Assembly (NCBI GenBank): GCA_964016885.1 | Contig: OZ024741.1 | Location: forward strand, 410,316,001 to 410,380,000 | DNA length: 64,000 nt | Reading direction: 5' to 3' | Origin: Eledone cirrhosa | Lineage: Eukaryota | Part shown: in pieces, positions 42,701 to 55,326 of the stretch | Numbering within the stretch: the first letter of the stretch is position 1 | Layout: every line of letters begins with the position of its first letter | Made by a program: the position numbers and the translations under genes | The notes under the pieces: model-generated | The model's database searches: none | Told to the model about the DNA's origin: nothing | What the model saw: only the letters and a program-made list of their open reading frames with translations

Positions 42701-45700
42701 TGTCTATGTTTTTTAACTCTTCCTTTACCATACTTCTAATCTAAGACACTGTCTATGTTGTTTAACCCTTTCATTACCATAATTCTAATGAAAGACACTG
42801 TCTATGTCTTTAACCCTTCCATTACCATATTTCTAATCTAAGACACTGTCTATGTTTTTTAACTCTTCCTTTATACTTCTAATGTAAGACACTGTCTATG
42901 TTGTTTAACCCTTTCATTACCATATTTCTAACGTAAGACACTGTCTATGTTGTTTAACACTTTCATTACCATATTTCTTATGTAAGACACTCTCTATGTT
43001 GTTTAACCCTTTCATTACCATATTTCTAATGCAAGACCCTGTCTATGTTGTTTAACCCTTTCATTACCTTATTTATAATGTAAAACACCGTCTATGTTGT
43101 TTAACATTTTCACTACCATCTTTAACACTTTCATTACCATATTTCTTATGTAAGACACTGTCTATGTTGTTTAACCCTTTCATTACCATATTTCTAATGT
43201 AAGACCCTGTCTATATTGGTTAACCCTTTCATTACCTTATTTATAATGTAAGACACCGTCTATGTTGTTTAACCTTTTCACTACCATCTTTAACACTTTC
43301 ATTACCATATTTCTTATGTAAGACACTGTCTATGTTGTTTAATCCTTTCATTACCATATTTCTAATGTAAGACACTGTCTATGTTGTTTAACCCTTTCAT
43401 TACCATATTTCTAATGTAAGACTCTGTCTATGTTGTTTAACCCTTTCATTACCATATTTCTAACGTAAGACACTGGCTATGTCGTTTAACCCTTTCATTA
43501 CCGTATTTTTAATGAAAGACACTGTCTATGTTGTTTAACCCTTTCATTACCATATTTCTAATGTAAGACTCTGTCTATGTTGTTTAACCCTTCCATTACC
43601 ATATTTTCTATGTAAACACTGTCTATGTTGTTTAACCCTTTCATTACAATATTTCTAATGAAAGACACTGTCTATGTTGTTTAACCCTTTCATTACCATA
43701 TTTCTAATGTAAGACTCTGTCTATGTTGTTTAACCCTTCCATTACCATATTTTTAATCTAAGACACTGTCTATGTTGTTTAACCTTTTCACTACCATCTT
43801 TAACACTTGCATTACCATATTTCTTATGTAAGACACTGTCTATGTTGTTTAATCCTTTCACTACCATATTTTTAATCTAAGACACTGTCTATGTTTTTTA
43901 ACTCTTCCTTTACCATACTTCTAATGTAAGACACTGTCTATGTTGTTTAACCCTTCCATTACCATATTTCTAATGAAAGACATTGTCTATCTTGTTTAAC
44001 CCTTTCATTACCATATTTCTCATGACTCTGTCTATGTTGTTTAACCCTTTCATCACCACATTTATAATGTAAGACACTGTCTATGTTATTTAACCCTTTC
44101 ACTACCATATTTCTAATGTAAGACAGTGCCTATGTTGTTTAACACTTTCATTACCATATTTCTAATGAAAGACACTGTCTATGTTGTTTAACCCTTCCAT
44201 TACCACATTTCTAATGTAAGACACTGTCTATGTTGTTTAACACTTCCATTACCATATTTCTTATGTAAGACACTGTCTATGTTGTTTAACACTCCCATTA
44301 CCATATTTCTAATGTAAGACACTGTCTATGTTGTTTAACACTTCCATTACCATATTTCTTATGTAAGACACTGTCTATGTTGTTTAACCCTTCCATTACC
44401 ATATTTCTAATGAAAGACACTGTCTATGTTGTTTAACACTTTCATTGCCATATTTCTAATGTAAGACACTGTCTATGTTGTTTAACCCTTTCATTGCGAT
44501 ATTTGTAATTTAAGACACTGTCTATGTTGTTTAACTCTTTCACTACAATATTTCTAATGTAAGACACTGTCTATGTTGTTTAACGCTTTCATTACCATAT
44601 TTCTAATGTAAGACACTGTCTATGTGGTTTAACCTTTTCACTACCATCTTTAATACTTTCATTACCATATTTCTTATGTACTACACTCTCTATGTTGTTT
44701 AACCCTTTCATTACCTTATTTATAATGTAAGACACCGTCAATGTTGTTTAACCTTTTCACTACCATCTTTAACACTTTCATTACCATAATTCTTATGTAA
44801 GACACTCTCTATGTTGTTTAACCCTTTCATTACCATATTTCTAATGTAAGACCTTGTCTATGTTGTTTAACCCTTTCATTACCTTATTTATAATGTAAGA
44901 CACCGTCTATGTTGTTTAACCTTTTCACTACCATCTTTAACACTTTCATTACCATATTTCTTATGTAAGACACTGTCTATGTTGTTTAATCCTTTCATTA
45001 CCATATTTCTAATGTAAGACTCTGTCTATGTTGTTTAACCCTTTCATTACCGTATTTCTAATGAAAGACACTGTCTATGTTGTTTAACCCTTTCATTACA
45101 ATATTTCTAATGTAAGAGACTGTCTATGTTGTTTAACCCTTTCATTACCATATTTCTAATGTAAGAGACTGTCTATGTTGTTTAACCCTTTCATTACCAT
45201 AATTCTAATGTAAGACACTGTCTATGTCTTTAACCCTTCCATTACCATATTTTTAATCTAAGACACTGTCTATGTTTTTTAACTCTTCCATTACCATACT
45301 TCTAATGTAAGACACTGTCTATGTTGTTTAACCCTTCCATTATCATATTTCTAATGAAAGACATTGTCTATCTTGTTTAACCCTTTCATTACCATATTTC
45401 TCATGACTCTGTCTATGTTGTTTAACCCTTTCATTACCATATTTCTAATGTAAGACCCTGTCTATGTTGGTTAACCCTTTCATTACCTTATTTATAATGT
45501 AAGGCACCGTCTATGTTGTTTAACCTTTTCACTACCATCTTTAACACTTTCATTACCATATTTCTTATGTAAGACACTGTCTATGTTGTTTAACCCTTTC
45601 ACTACCATATTTCTAATGTAAGACACTGTCTATGTTGTTTAACCCTTTCATTACCATATTTCTAATGTAAGACACTGTCTATGTTGTTTAACCCTTTCAT

Positions 45701-47689
45701 TACCATATTTCTAACGTAAAACACTGTCTATGTTGTTTAACACTTTCATTACCATATTTCTAATGTAAGACTCTGTCTATGTTGTTTAACCCTTCCATTA
45801 CCATATTTCTAATGTAAGACACTGTCTATGTTGTTTAACCCTTTCATTACCATATTTCTAATGTAAGACACCGTCTATATTGTTTAACCCTTTTATTACC
45901 ATATTTCTAATGTAAGACACTGTCTATGTTGTTTAACCCTTTCATTACCATATTTCTAATGTAAGAGACTGTCTATGTTGTTTAACCCTTTCATTACCAT
46001 AATTCTAATGAAAGACACTGTCTATGTCTTTAACCCTTCCATTACCATATTTTTAATCTAAGACACTGTCTATGTTTTTTAACTCTTCCTTTACCATACT
46101 TCTAATGTAAGACACTGTCTATGTTGTTTAACCCTTCCATTACCATGTTTCTAATGAAAGACATTGTCTATCTTGTTTAACCCTTTCATTACCATATTTT
46201 TCATGACTCTGTCTATGTTGTTTAAACCTTTCATCACCACATTTATAATGTAAGACACTGTCTATGTTATTTAACCCTTTCACTACCATATTTCTAATGT
46301 AAGACAGTGTCTATGTTGTTTAACCCTTTCATTACCATATTTCTAATGAAAGACACTGTCTATGTTGTTTAATCCTTCCATTACCACATTTCTAATGTAA
46401 GAAACTGTCTATGTTGTTTAACCCTTTCATTAACATATTTCTAATGAAAGACACTGTCTATGTTCTTTAACCCTTCCATTACCATATTTCTAATGAAAGA
46501 CATTGTCTATCTTGTTTAACCCTTTCATTACCATATTTCTCATGACTCTGTCTATGTTGTTTAACCCTTCCATTACCATATTTCTAATGTAAGACACTGT
46601 ATATGTTGTTTAACCCTTTCATTACCATATTTCTAATGAAAGACACTGTCTATGTTGTTTAACCCTTTCATTACCATATTTTCTATGTAAACACTGTCTA
46701 TGTTGTTTAACCCTTTCATTACCATATTTCTAATGTAAGAGACTGTCTATGTTGTTTAACCCTTTCATTACCATAATTCTAATGAAAGACACTGTCTATG
46801 TCTTTAACCCTTCCATTACCATATTTTTAATCTAAGACACTGTCTATGTTTTTTAAGACTTCCTTTACCATACTTCTAATGTAAGACACTGTCTATGTTG
46901 TTGAACCCTTCCATTACCATATTTCTAATGAAAGACATTGTCTATCTTGTTTAACCCTTTCATTACCATATTTCTCATGACTCTGTCTATGTTGTTTAAC
47001 CCTTCCATTACCATATTTCTAATGTAAGAAACTGTCTATGTTGTTTAACCCTTTCATTACCATATTTCTAATGAAAGACACTGTCTATGTTGTTTAACCC
47101 TTCCATTACCATATTTCTAATGAAAGACATTGTCTATCTTGTTTAACCCTTTCATTACCATATTTCTCATGACTCTGTCTATGTTGTTTAACCCTTCCAT
47201 TACCATATTTCTAATGTAAGACACTGTCTATGTTGTTTAACCCTTTCATTACCATATTTCTAATGTAAGACACTGTCTATGTTGTTTAACACTTCCATTA
47301 CCATATTCCTTATGTAAGACACTGTCTATGTTGTTTAACCCTTCCATTACCATATTTCTAATGTAAGACACTGTCTATGTTGTTTAACACTTCCATTACC
47401 ATATTTCTTATGTAAGACACTGTCTATGTTGTTTAACACTTCCATTACCATATTTCTAATGTAAGACACTGTCTATGTTGTTTAACACTTCCATTACCAT
47501 ATTTCTTATGTAAGACACTGTCTATGTTGTTTAACCCTTCCATTACCATATTTCTAATGAAAGACACTGTCTATGTTGTTTAACACTTTCATTGCCATAT
47601 TTCTAATGTAAGACACTGTCTATGTTGTTTAACCCTTTCATTGCGATATTTGTAATGTAAGACACTGTCTATGTTGTTTAACCCTTTCA

Positions 47690-50600
47690 TTACCATATTT
47701 CTAATGTAAGACACTGTCTATGTTGTTTAACCTTTTCACTACCATCTTTAATACTTTCATTACCATATTTCTTATGTAAGACACTCTCTATGTTGTTTAA
47801 CACTTTCATTACCTTAATTATAATGTAAGACACCGTCTATGTTGTTTAACCTTTTCACTACCATCTTTAACACTTTCATTACCATATTTCTTATGTAAGA
47901 CACTCTCTATGTTGTTTAACCCTTTCATTACCATATTTCTAATGTAAGACCTTGTCTATGTTCTTTAACCCTTTCATTACCTTATTTATAATGTAAGACA
48001 CCGTCTATGTTGTTTAACCTTTTCACTACCATCTTTAACACTTTCATTACTATATTTCTGATGTAAGACACTGTCTATGTTGTTTAATCCTTTCATTACC
48101 ATATTTCTAATGTAAGACACTGTCTATGTTGTTTAACCCTTTCATTACCATATTTCTAAGGTAAGACTCTGTCTATGTTGTTTAACCCTTTCATTACCGT
48201 ATTTCTAATGAAAGACACTGTCTATGTTGTTTAACCCTTTCATTACCATATTTCTAATGTAAGACTCTGTCTATGTTGTTTAACCCTTCCATTACCATAT
48301 TTCTAATGTAAGACACTGTCTATGTTGTTTAACCCTTTCATTACCATATTTCTAATGAAAGACACTGTCTATGTTGTTTAACCCTTCCATTACTATATTT
48401 CTAATGAAAGACACTGTCTATGTTGTTTAACCCTTCCATTACCACATTTCTAATGTAAGAAACTGTCTATGTTGTTTAACCCTTTCATTACCATATTTCT
48501 AATGAAAGACACTGTCTATGTTGTTTAACCCTTCCATTACCATATTTCTAATGAAGGACATTGTCTATCTTGTTTAACCCTTTCATTACCATATTTCTCA
48601 TGACTCTGTCTATGTTGGTTAACCCTTTCATTACCATATTTCTAATGTAAGACACTGTCTATGTAGTTTAAACCCTATTACTACCATATTTCTAATGAAA
48701 GACATTGTCTATCTGGTTTAACCCTTTCATTACCATATTTCTCATGACTCTGTCTATGTTGTTTAACCCTTTCATTACCACATTTATAATGTAAGACACT
48801 GTTTATATTATTTAACCCTTTCACTACCATATTTCTAATGTAAGACAGTGTCTATGTTGTTTAACACTTTCATTACCATATTTCTAATGAAAGACACTGT
48901 CTATTGTTGTTTAACTCTTCCATTACCACATTTCTAATGTAAGAAACTGTCTATGTTGTTTAACCCTTCCATTACCATATTTCTAATGAAAGACATTGTC
49001 TATCTTGTTTAACCCTTTCATTACCATATTTCTCATGACTCTGTCTATGTTGGTTAACCCTTTCATTACCATATTTCTAATGTAAGACACTGTCTATGTT
49101 GTTTAACACTTTCATTGCCATATTTCTATTGTAAGACACTGTCTATGTTGTATAACCCTTTCACTACAATATTTCTAATATAAGACCTTTTCTATGTTGT
49201 TTAACCCTTTCATTACCATATTTCTAATGTAAGAGACTGTCTATGTTGTTTAACCCTTTCATTACCATATTTCTAATGTAAGACACTGTCTATGTTGTTT
49301 AACACTTTCATTACCATATTTCTTATGTAAGACTCTGTCTATGTTGTTTAACCCTTCCATTACCATATTTCTAATGTAAGACACTGTCTATGTTGTTTAA
49401 CACTTTCATTGCCATATTTCTAATGTAAGACACTGTCTATGTTGTTTAACCCTTCCATTACCATATTTCTGATGTAAGACAGTGTCTATGTTGTTTAACC
49501 CTTCCATTACCATATTTCTAATGTAAGACACTGTCTATGTTGTTTAACCCTTTCATTACCATATTTCTAATGAAAGACACTGTCTAAGTTGTTTAACCCT
49601 TTCATTACCATATTTCTAATGAAAGACACTGTCTATGTTGTTTAACCCTTTCATTACCATATTTTCTATGTAAACACTGTCTATGTTGTTTAACCCTTTC
49701 ATTACCATATTTCTAATGTAAGAGACTCTCTATGTTGTTTAACCCTTTCATTACCATATTTCTAATGTAAGACACTGTCTATGTTGTTTAACCCTTTCAT
49801 TACCATATTTTTAATGTAAGACTCTGTCTATGTTGTTTAACCCTTTCATTACCGTATTTCTAATGAAAGACACTGTCTATGTTGTTTAACCCTTTCATTA
49901 CCATATTTCTAATGTAAGACTCTGTCTATGTTGTTTAACCCTTCCATTACCATATTTCTAATGTAAGACACTGTCTATGTTGTTTAACCCTTTCATTACC
50001 ATATTTCTAATGAAAGACACTGTCTATGTTGTTTAACCCTTCCATTACTATATTTCTAATGAAAGACACTGTCTATGTTGTTTAACCCTTCCATTACCAC
50101 ATTTCTAATGTAAGAAACTGTCTATGTTGTTTAACCGTTTCATTACCATATTTCTAATGAAAGACACTGTCTATTTTGTTTGACCCTTCCATTACCATAT
50201 TTCTAATTAAAGACATTGTCTCTCATGTTTAACCTTTTCATTACCATATTTCTCATGACTCTGTCTATGTTGTTTAACCCTTTCATTACCATATTTATAA
50301 TGTAAGACACTGTCTATGTTGTTTAACCCTTTCACTACCATATTTCTAATGAAAGACACTGTCTATGTTGTTTAACCCTTCCATTACCACATTTCTAATG
50401 TAAGAAACTGTCTATGTTGTTTAACCCTTTCATTACCATATTTCTAATGAAAGACACTGTCTATGTTGTTTAACCCTTCCATTACCATATTTCTAATGAA
50501 AGACATTGTCTATCTTGTTTAACCCTTTCATTACCATATTTCTCATGACTCTGTCTATATTGGTTAACCCTTTCATTACCATATTTCTAATGTAAGACAC

Positions 50601-53175
50601 TGTCTATGTAGTTTAAACCCTATTACTACCATATTTCTAATGAAAGACATTGTCTATCTTGTTTAACCCTTTCATTACCATATTTCTCATGACTCTGTCT
50701 ATGTTGTTTAACCCTTTCATTACCACATTTATAATGTAAGACACTGTCTATGTTATTTAACCCTTTCACTACCATATTTCTAATGTAAGACAGTGTCTAT
50801 GTTGTTTAACACTTTCATTACCATATTTCTAATGAAAGACACTGTCTATTGTTGTTTAACCCTTCCATTACCACATTTCTAATGTAAGAAACTGTCTATG
50901 TTGTTTAACCCTTCCATTACCACATTTCTAATGTAAGAAATTGTCTATGTTGTTTAACCTTTTCATTACCATATTTCTAATGAAAGACATTGTCTATCTT
51001 GTTTAACCCTTTCATTACCATATTTCTCATGACTCTGTCTATGTTGGTTAACCCTTTCACTACAATATTTCTAAGGTAAGACACTGTCTATGTTGTTTAA
51101 CCCTTTTATTACCATATTTCTAATGTAAGACACTGTCTATGTTGTTTAACCTTTTCACTACCATCTTTAATACTTTCATTACCATATTTCTTATGTAAGA
51201 CACTCTCTATGTTGTTTAACACTTTCATTACCTTAATTATAATGTAAGACACCGTCTATGTTGTTTAAACTTTTCACTACCATCTTTAACACTTTCATTA
51301 CCATATTTCTTATGTAAGACACTCTCTATGTTGTTTAACCCTTTCATTACCATATTTCTAATGTAAGACCTAGTCTATGTTCTTTAACCCTTTCATTACC
51401 TTATTTATAATGTAAGACACCGTCTATGTTGTTTAACCTTTTCACTACCATCTTTAACACTTTCATTACTATATTTCTGATGTAAGACACTGTCTATGTT
51501 GTTTAATCCTTTCATTACCATATTTCTAATGTAAGACACTGCCTATGTTGTTTAACCCTTTCATTACCATATTTCTAAGGTAAGACTCTGTCTATGTTGT
51601 TTAACCCTTTCATTACCGTATTTCTAATGAAAGACACTGTCTATGTTGTTTAACCCTTTCATTACCATATTTCTAATGTAAGACTCTGTCTATGTTGTTT
51701 AACCCTTCCATTACCATATTTCTAATGTAAGACACTGTCTATGTTGTTTAACCCTTTCATTACCATATTTCTAATGAAAGACACTGTCTATGTTGTTTAA
51801 CCCTTCCATTACTATATTTCTAATGAAAGACACTGTCTATGTTGTTTAACCCTTCCATTACCACATTTCTAATGTAAGAAACTGTCTATGTTGTTTAACC
51901 CTTTCATTACCATATTTCTAATGAAAGACACTGTCTATGTTGTTTAACCCTTCCATTACCATATTTCTAATGAAAGACATTGTCTATCTTGTTTAACCCT
52001 TTCATTACCATATTTCTCATGACTCTGTCTATGTTGGTTAACCCTTTCATTACCATATTTCTAATGTAAGACACTGTCTATGTAGTTTAAACCCTATTAC
52101 TACCATATTTCTAATGAAAGACATTGTCTATCTTGTTTAACCCTTTCATTACCATATTTCTCATGACTCTGTCTATGTTGTTTAACCCTTTCATTACCAC
52201 ATTTATAATGTAAGACACTGTTTATATTATTTAACCCTTTCACTACCATATTTCTAATGTAAGACAGTGTCTATGTTGTTTAACACTTTCATTACCATAT
52301 TTCTAATGAAAGACACTGTCTATTGTTGTTTAACCCTTCCATTACCACATTTCTAATGTAAGAAACTGTCTATGTTGTTTAACCCTTCCATTACCATATT
52401 TCTAATGAAAGACATTGTCTATCTTGTTTAACCCTTTCATTACCATATTTCTCATGACTCTGTCTATGTTGGTTAACCCTTTCATTACCATATTTCTAAT
52501 GTAAGACACTGTCTATGTTGTTTAACACTTTCATTGCCATATTTCTATTGTAAGACACTGTCTATGTTGTATAACCCTTTCACTACAATATTTCTAATAT
52601 AAGACCTTTTCTATGTTGTTTAACCCTTTCATTACCATATTTCTAATGTAAGAGACTGTCTATGTTGTTTAACCCTTTCATTACCATATTTCTAATGTAA
52701 GACACTGTCTATGTTGTTTAACACTTTCATTACCATATTTCTTATGTAAGACTCTGTCTATGTTGTTTAACCCTTCCATTACCATATTTCTAATGTAAGA
52801 CACTGTCTATGTTGTTTAACCCTTTCATTGCCATATTTCTAATGTAAGACACTGTCTATGTTGTTTAACCCTTCCATTACCATATTTCTGATGTAAGACA
52901 GTGTCTATGTTGTTTAACCCTTCCATTACCATATTTCTAATGTAAGACACTGTCTATGTTGTTTAACCCTTTCATTACCATATTTCTAATGAAAGACACT
53001 GTCTAAGTTGTTTAACCCTTTCATTACCATATTTCTAATGAAAGACACTGTCTATGTTGTTTAACCCTTTCATTACCATATTTTCTATGTAAACACTGTC
53101 TATGTTGTTTAACCCTTTCATTACCATATTTCTAATGTAAGAGACTCTCTATGTTGTTTAACCCTTTCATTACCA
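47690..53175. repeat. ~2.1-kb block duplicated at 3419-bp offset (about 47690-49760 and 51110-53175)
   Basis: CCTTAATTAT 47812/51231, TGTAGTTTAAACCCTATT 48662/52081, ATTTCTATTG 49122/52541. Confidence 0.85.
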
Positions 53176-55062
53176 AATTTCTAATGAAAGACACTGCCTA
53201 TGTCTTCAACCCTTCCATTACCATATTTTTAATCTAAGACACTGTCTATGTTTTTTAACCCTTCCATTACCATACTTCTAATGTAAGACACTGTCTATGT
53301 TGTTTGACCCTTCCATTACCATATTTCTAATGAAAGACATTGTCTATCTTGTTTACCCTTTTCATTACCATATTTCTTATGACTCTGTCTATGTTGTTTA
53401 ACCCTTTCATTACCATATTTATAATGTAAGACACTGTCTATTTGTTTAACCCTTTCACTAGCATATTTCTAATGTAAGACTCTGTCTATGTTGTTTAACC
53501 CTTTCATTACCATATTTCTAATGAAAGACACTGTCTATGTTGTTTAACCCTTCCATTACCACATTTCTAATGTAAGAAACTGTCTATGTTGTTTAACCCT
53601 TTCATTACCATATTTCTAATGAAAGACACTGTCTATGTTGTTTAACCCTTCCATTACCATATTTCTTATGTAAGACACTGTCTATGTTGTTTAACCCTTC
53701 CATTACCATATTTCTAATGAAAGACACTGTCTATGTTGTTTAACACTTTCATTGCCATATTTCTAATGTAAGACACTGTCTATGTTGATTAACCCTTTCA
53801 TTGCGATATTTGTAATGTAAGACACTGTCTATGTTGTTTAACCCTTTCACTACAATATTTCTAAGGTAAGACACTGTCTATGTTGTTTAACCCTTTCATT
53901 ACCATATTTCTAATGTAAGACACTGTCTATGTTGTTTAACCTTTTCACTACCATCTTTATTACTTTCATTACCATATTTCTTATGTAAGACACTCTCTAT
54001 GTTGTTTAACCCTTTCATTACCTTATTTATAATGTAACACAACGTCTATGTTGTTTAACCTTTTCACTACCATCTTTAACACTTTCATTACCATATTTCT
54101 TATGTAAGACACTCTCTATGTTGTTTAACCCTTTCATTACCATATTTCTAATGTAAGACCCTGTCTATGTTGTTTAACCCTTTCATTACCTTATTTATAA
54201 TGTAAGACACCGTCTATGTTGTTTAACCTTTTCACTACCATCTTTAACACTTTCATTACCATATTTCTTATGTAAGACACTGTCTATGTTGTTTAACCCT
54301 TTCATTACCATATTTCTAATGTCAGACTCTGTCTATGTTGTTTAATCCTTTCATTACCATATTTCTAATGTAAGACACTGTCTATGTTGTTTGCCCCTTT
54401 CATTACCATATTTCTAATGTAAGACACTGTCTATGTTGTTTAACCCTTTCATTACCATATTTCTAACGTAAGACTCTGTCTATGTTGTTTAACCCTTTCA
54501 TTACCATATTTCTAACGTAAGCCACTGTTTATGTTGTTTAACCCTTTCATTACCGTATTTCTAATGAAAGACACTGTCTATGTTGTTTAACCCTTTCATT
54601 ACCATATTTCTGATGTAAGACTCTGTCTATGTTGTTTAACCCTTCCATTACCATGTTTCTAATGTAAGACACTGTCTATGTTGTTTAAACCTTTCTTTAC
54701 CATATTTCTAATGTAAGAGACTGTCTATGTTGTTTAACCCTTTCATTACCATATTTCTAATGTAAGAGACTGTCTATGTTGTTTAGCCCTTTCATTACCA
54801 TAATTCTAATGAAAGACACTGTCTATGTCTTTAACCCTTCCATTACCATATTTTTAATCTAAGACACTGTCTATGTTTTTTAACTCTTCCATTACCATAC
54901 TTCTAATGTAAGACACGGTCTATGTTGTTTAACCCTTCCATTACCATATTTCTAATGAAAGACATTGTCTATCTTGTTTAACCCTTTCATTACCATATTT
55001 CTCATGACTCTGTCTATGTTGTTTAACCCTTTCATTACCACATTTATAATGTAAGACACTGT

Positions 55063-55326
55063 TGTTTCCTTGAGCAAGACACTTTATTTCACATTGCTCC
55101 AGTTTACTCAGCTGTAGAAATGAGATGATAGGGACTGGGGTCCCTATCATTCCACTACAAAGTGGTCGTGGAGGTGCCACGGCAAAAAAGCACCCAGCAC
55201 TCACTGTAAATGAGGTTGGTGTTAGGAAGGGCATCCAGCTGTAGAAATCAAGCCAGAATCAGTTCCCGTCCCACCCTTGCAAGCAGGGAAAAAGCGGACG
55301 TAAAATGAAATGATGATGAATGATGA
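55063..55326 (+). mobile_element. 5'-truncated CORE-type SINE with an RTE-LINE-derived 3' end, 264 bp
   Basis: The 5' part (55063-55130) TGTTTCCTTGAGCAAGACACTTTATTTCACATTGCTCCAGTTTACTCAGCTGTAGAAATGAGATGATA resembles the CORE domain of MIR-like SINEs (TGTGACCTTGGGCAAGTCACTT...CAGTTTCCTCATCTGTAAAATGGGGATAATA, from memory). 55151-55326 aligns with LINE 3' UTR 13647-13921. TGA-rich tail. TGT duplicated at 55060-55062 and 55327-55329. No tRNA head visible. Confidence 0.85.

Larger units (their letters stand above)
13922..55062. repeat. 49-bp tandem satellite array, segment 2
   Basis: Same monomer and orientation. Resumes in register after the LINE. Confidence 0.99.

Noticed and set aside
55074-55083. 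AAGACACT shared between SINE CORE and the satellite monomer
   Set aside because: Only 8-10 bp and part of the ordinary CORE motif. Insufficient to claim a shared origin or targeting.
54941-55234. 97-aa minus-strand ORF
   Set aside because: Chance read-through from SINE antisense into satellite. Its similarity to the 13522-13848 ORF only reflects the shared 3' UTR.
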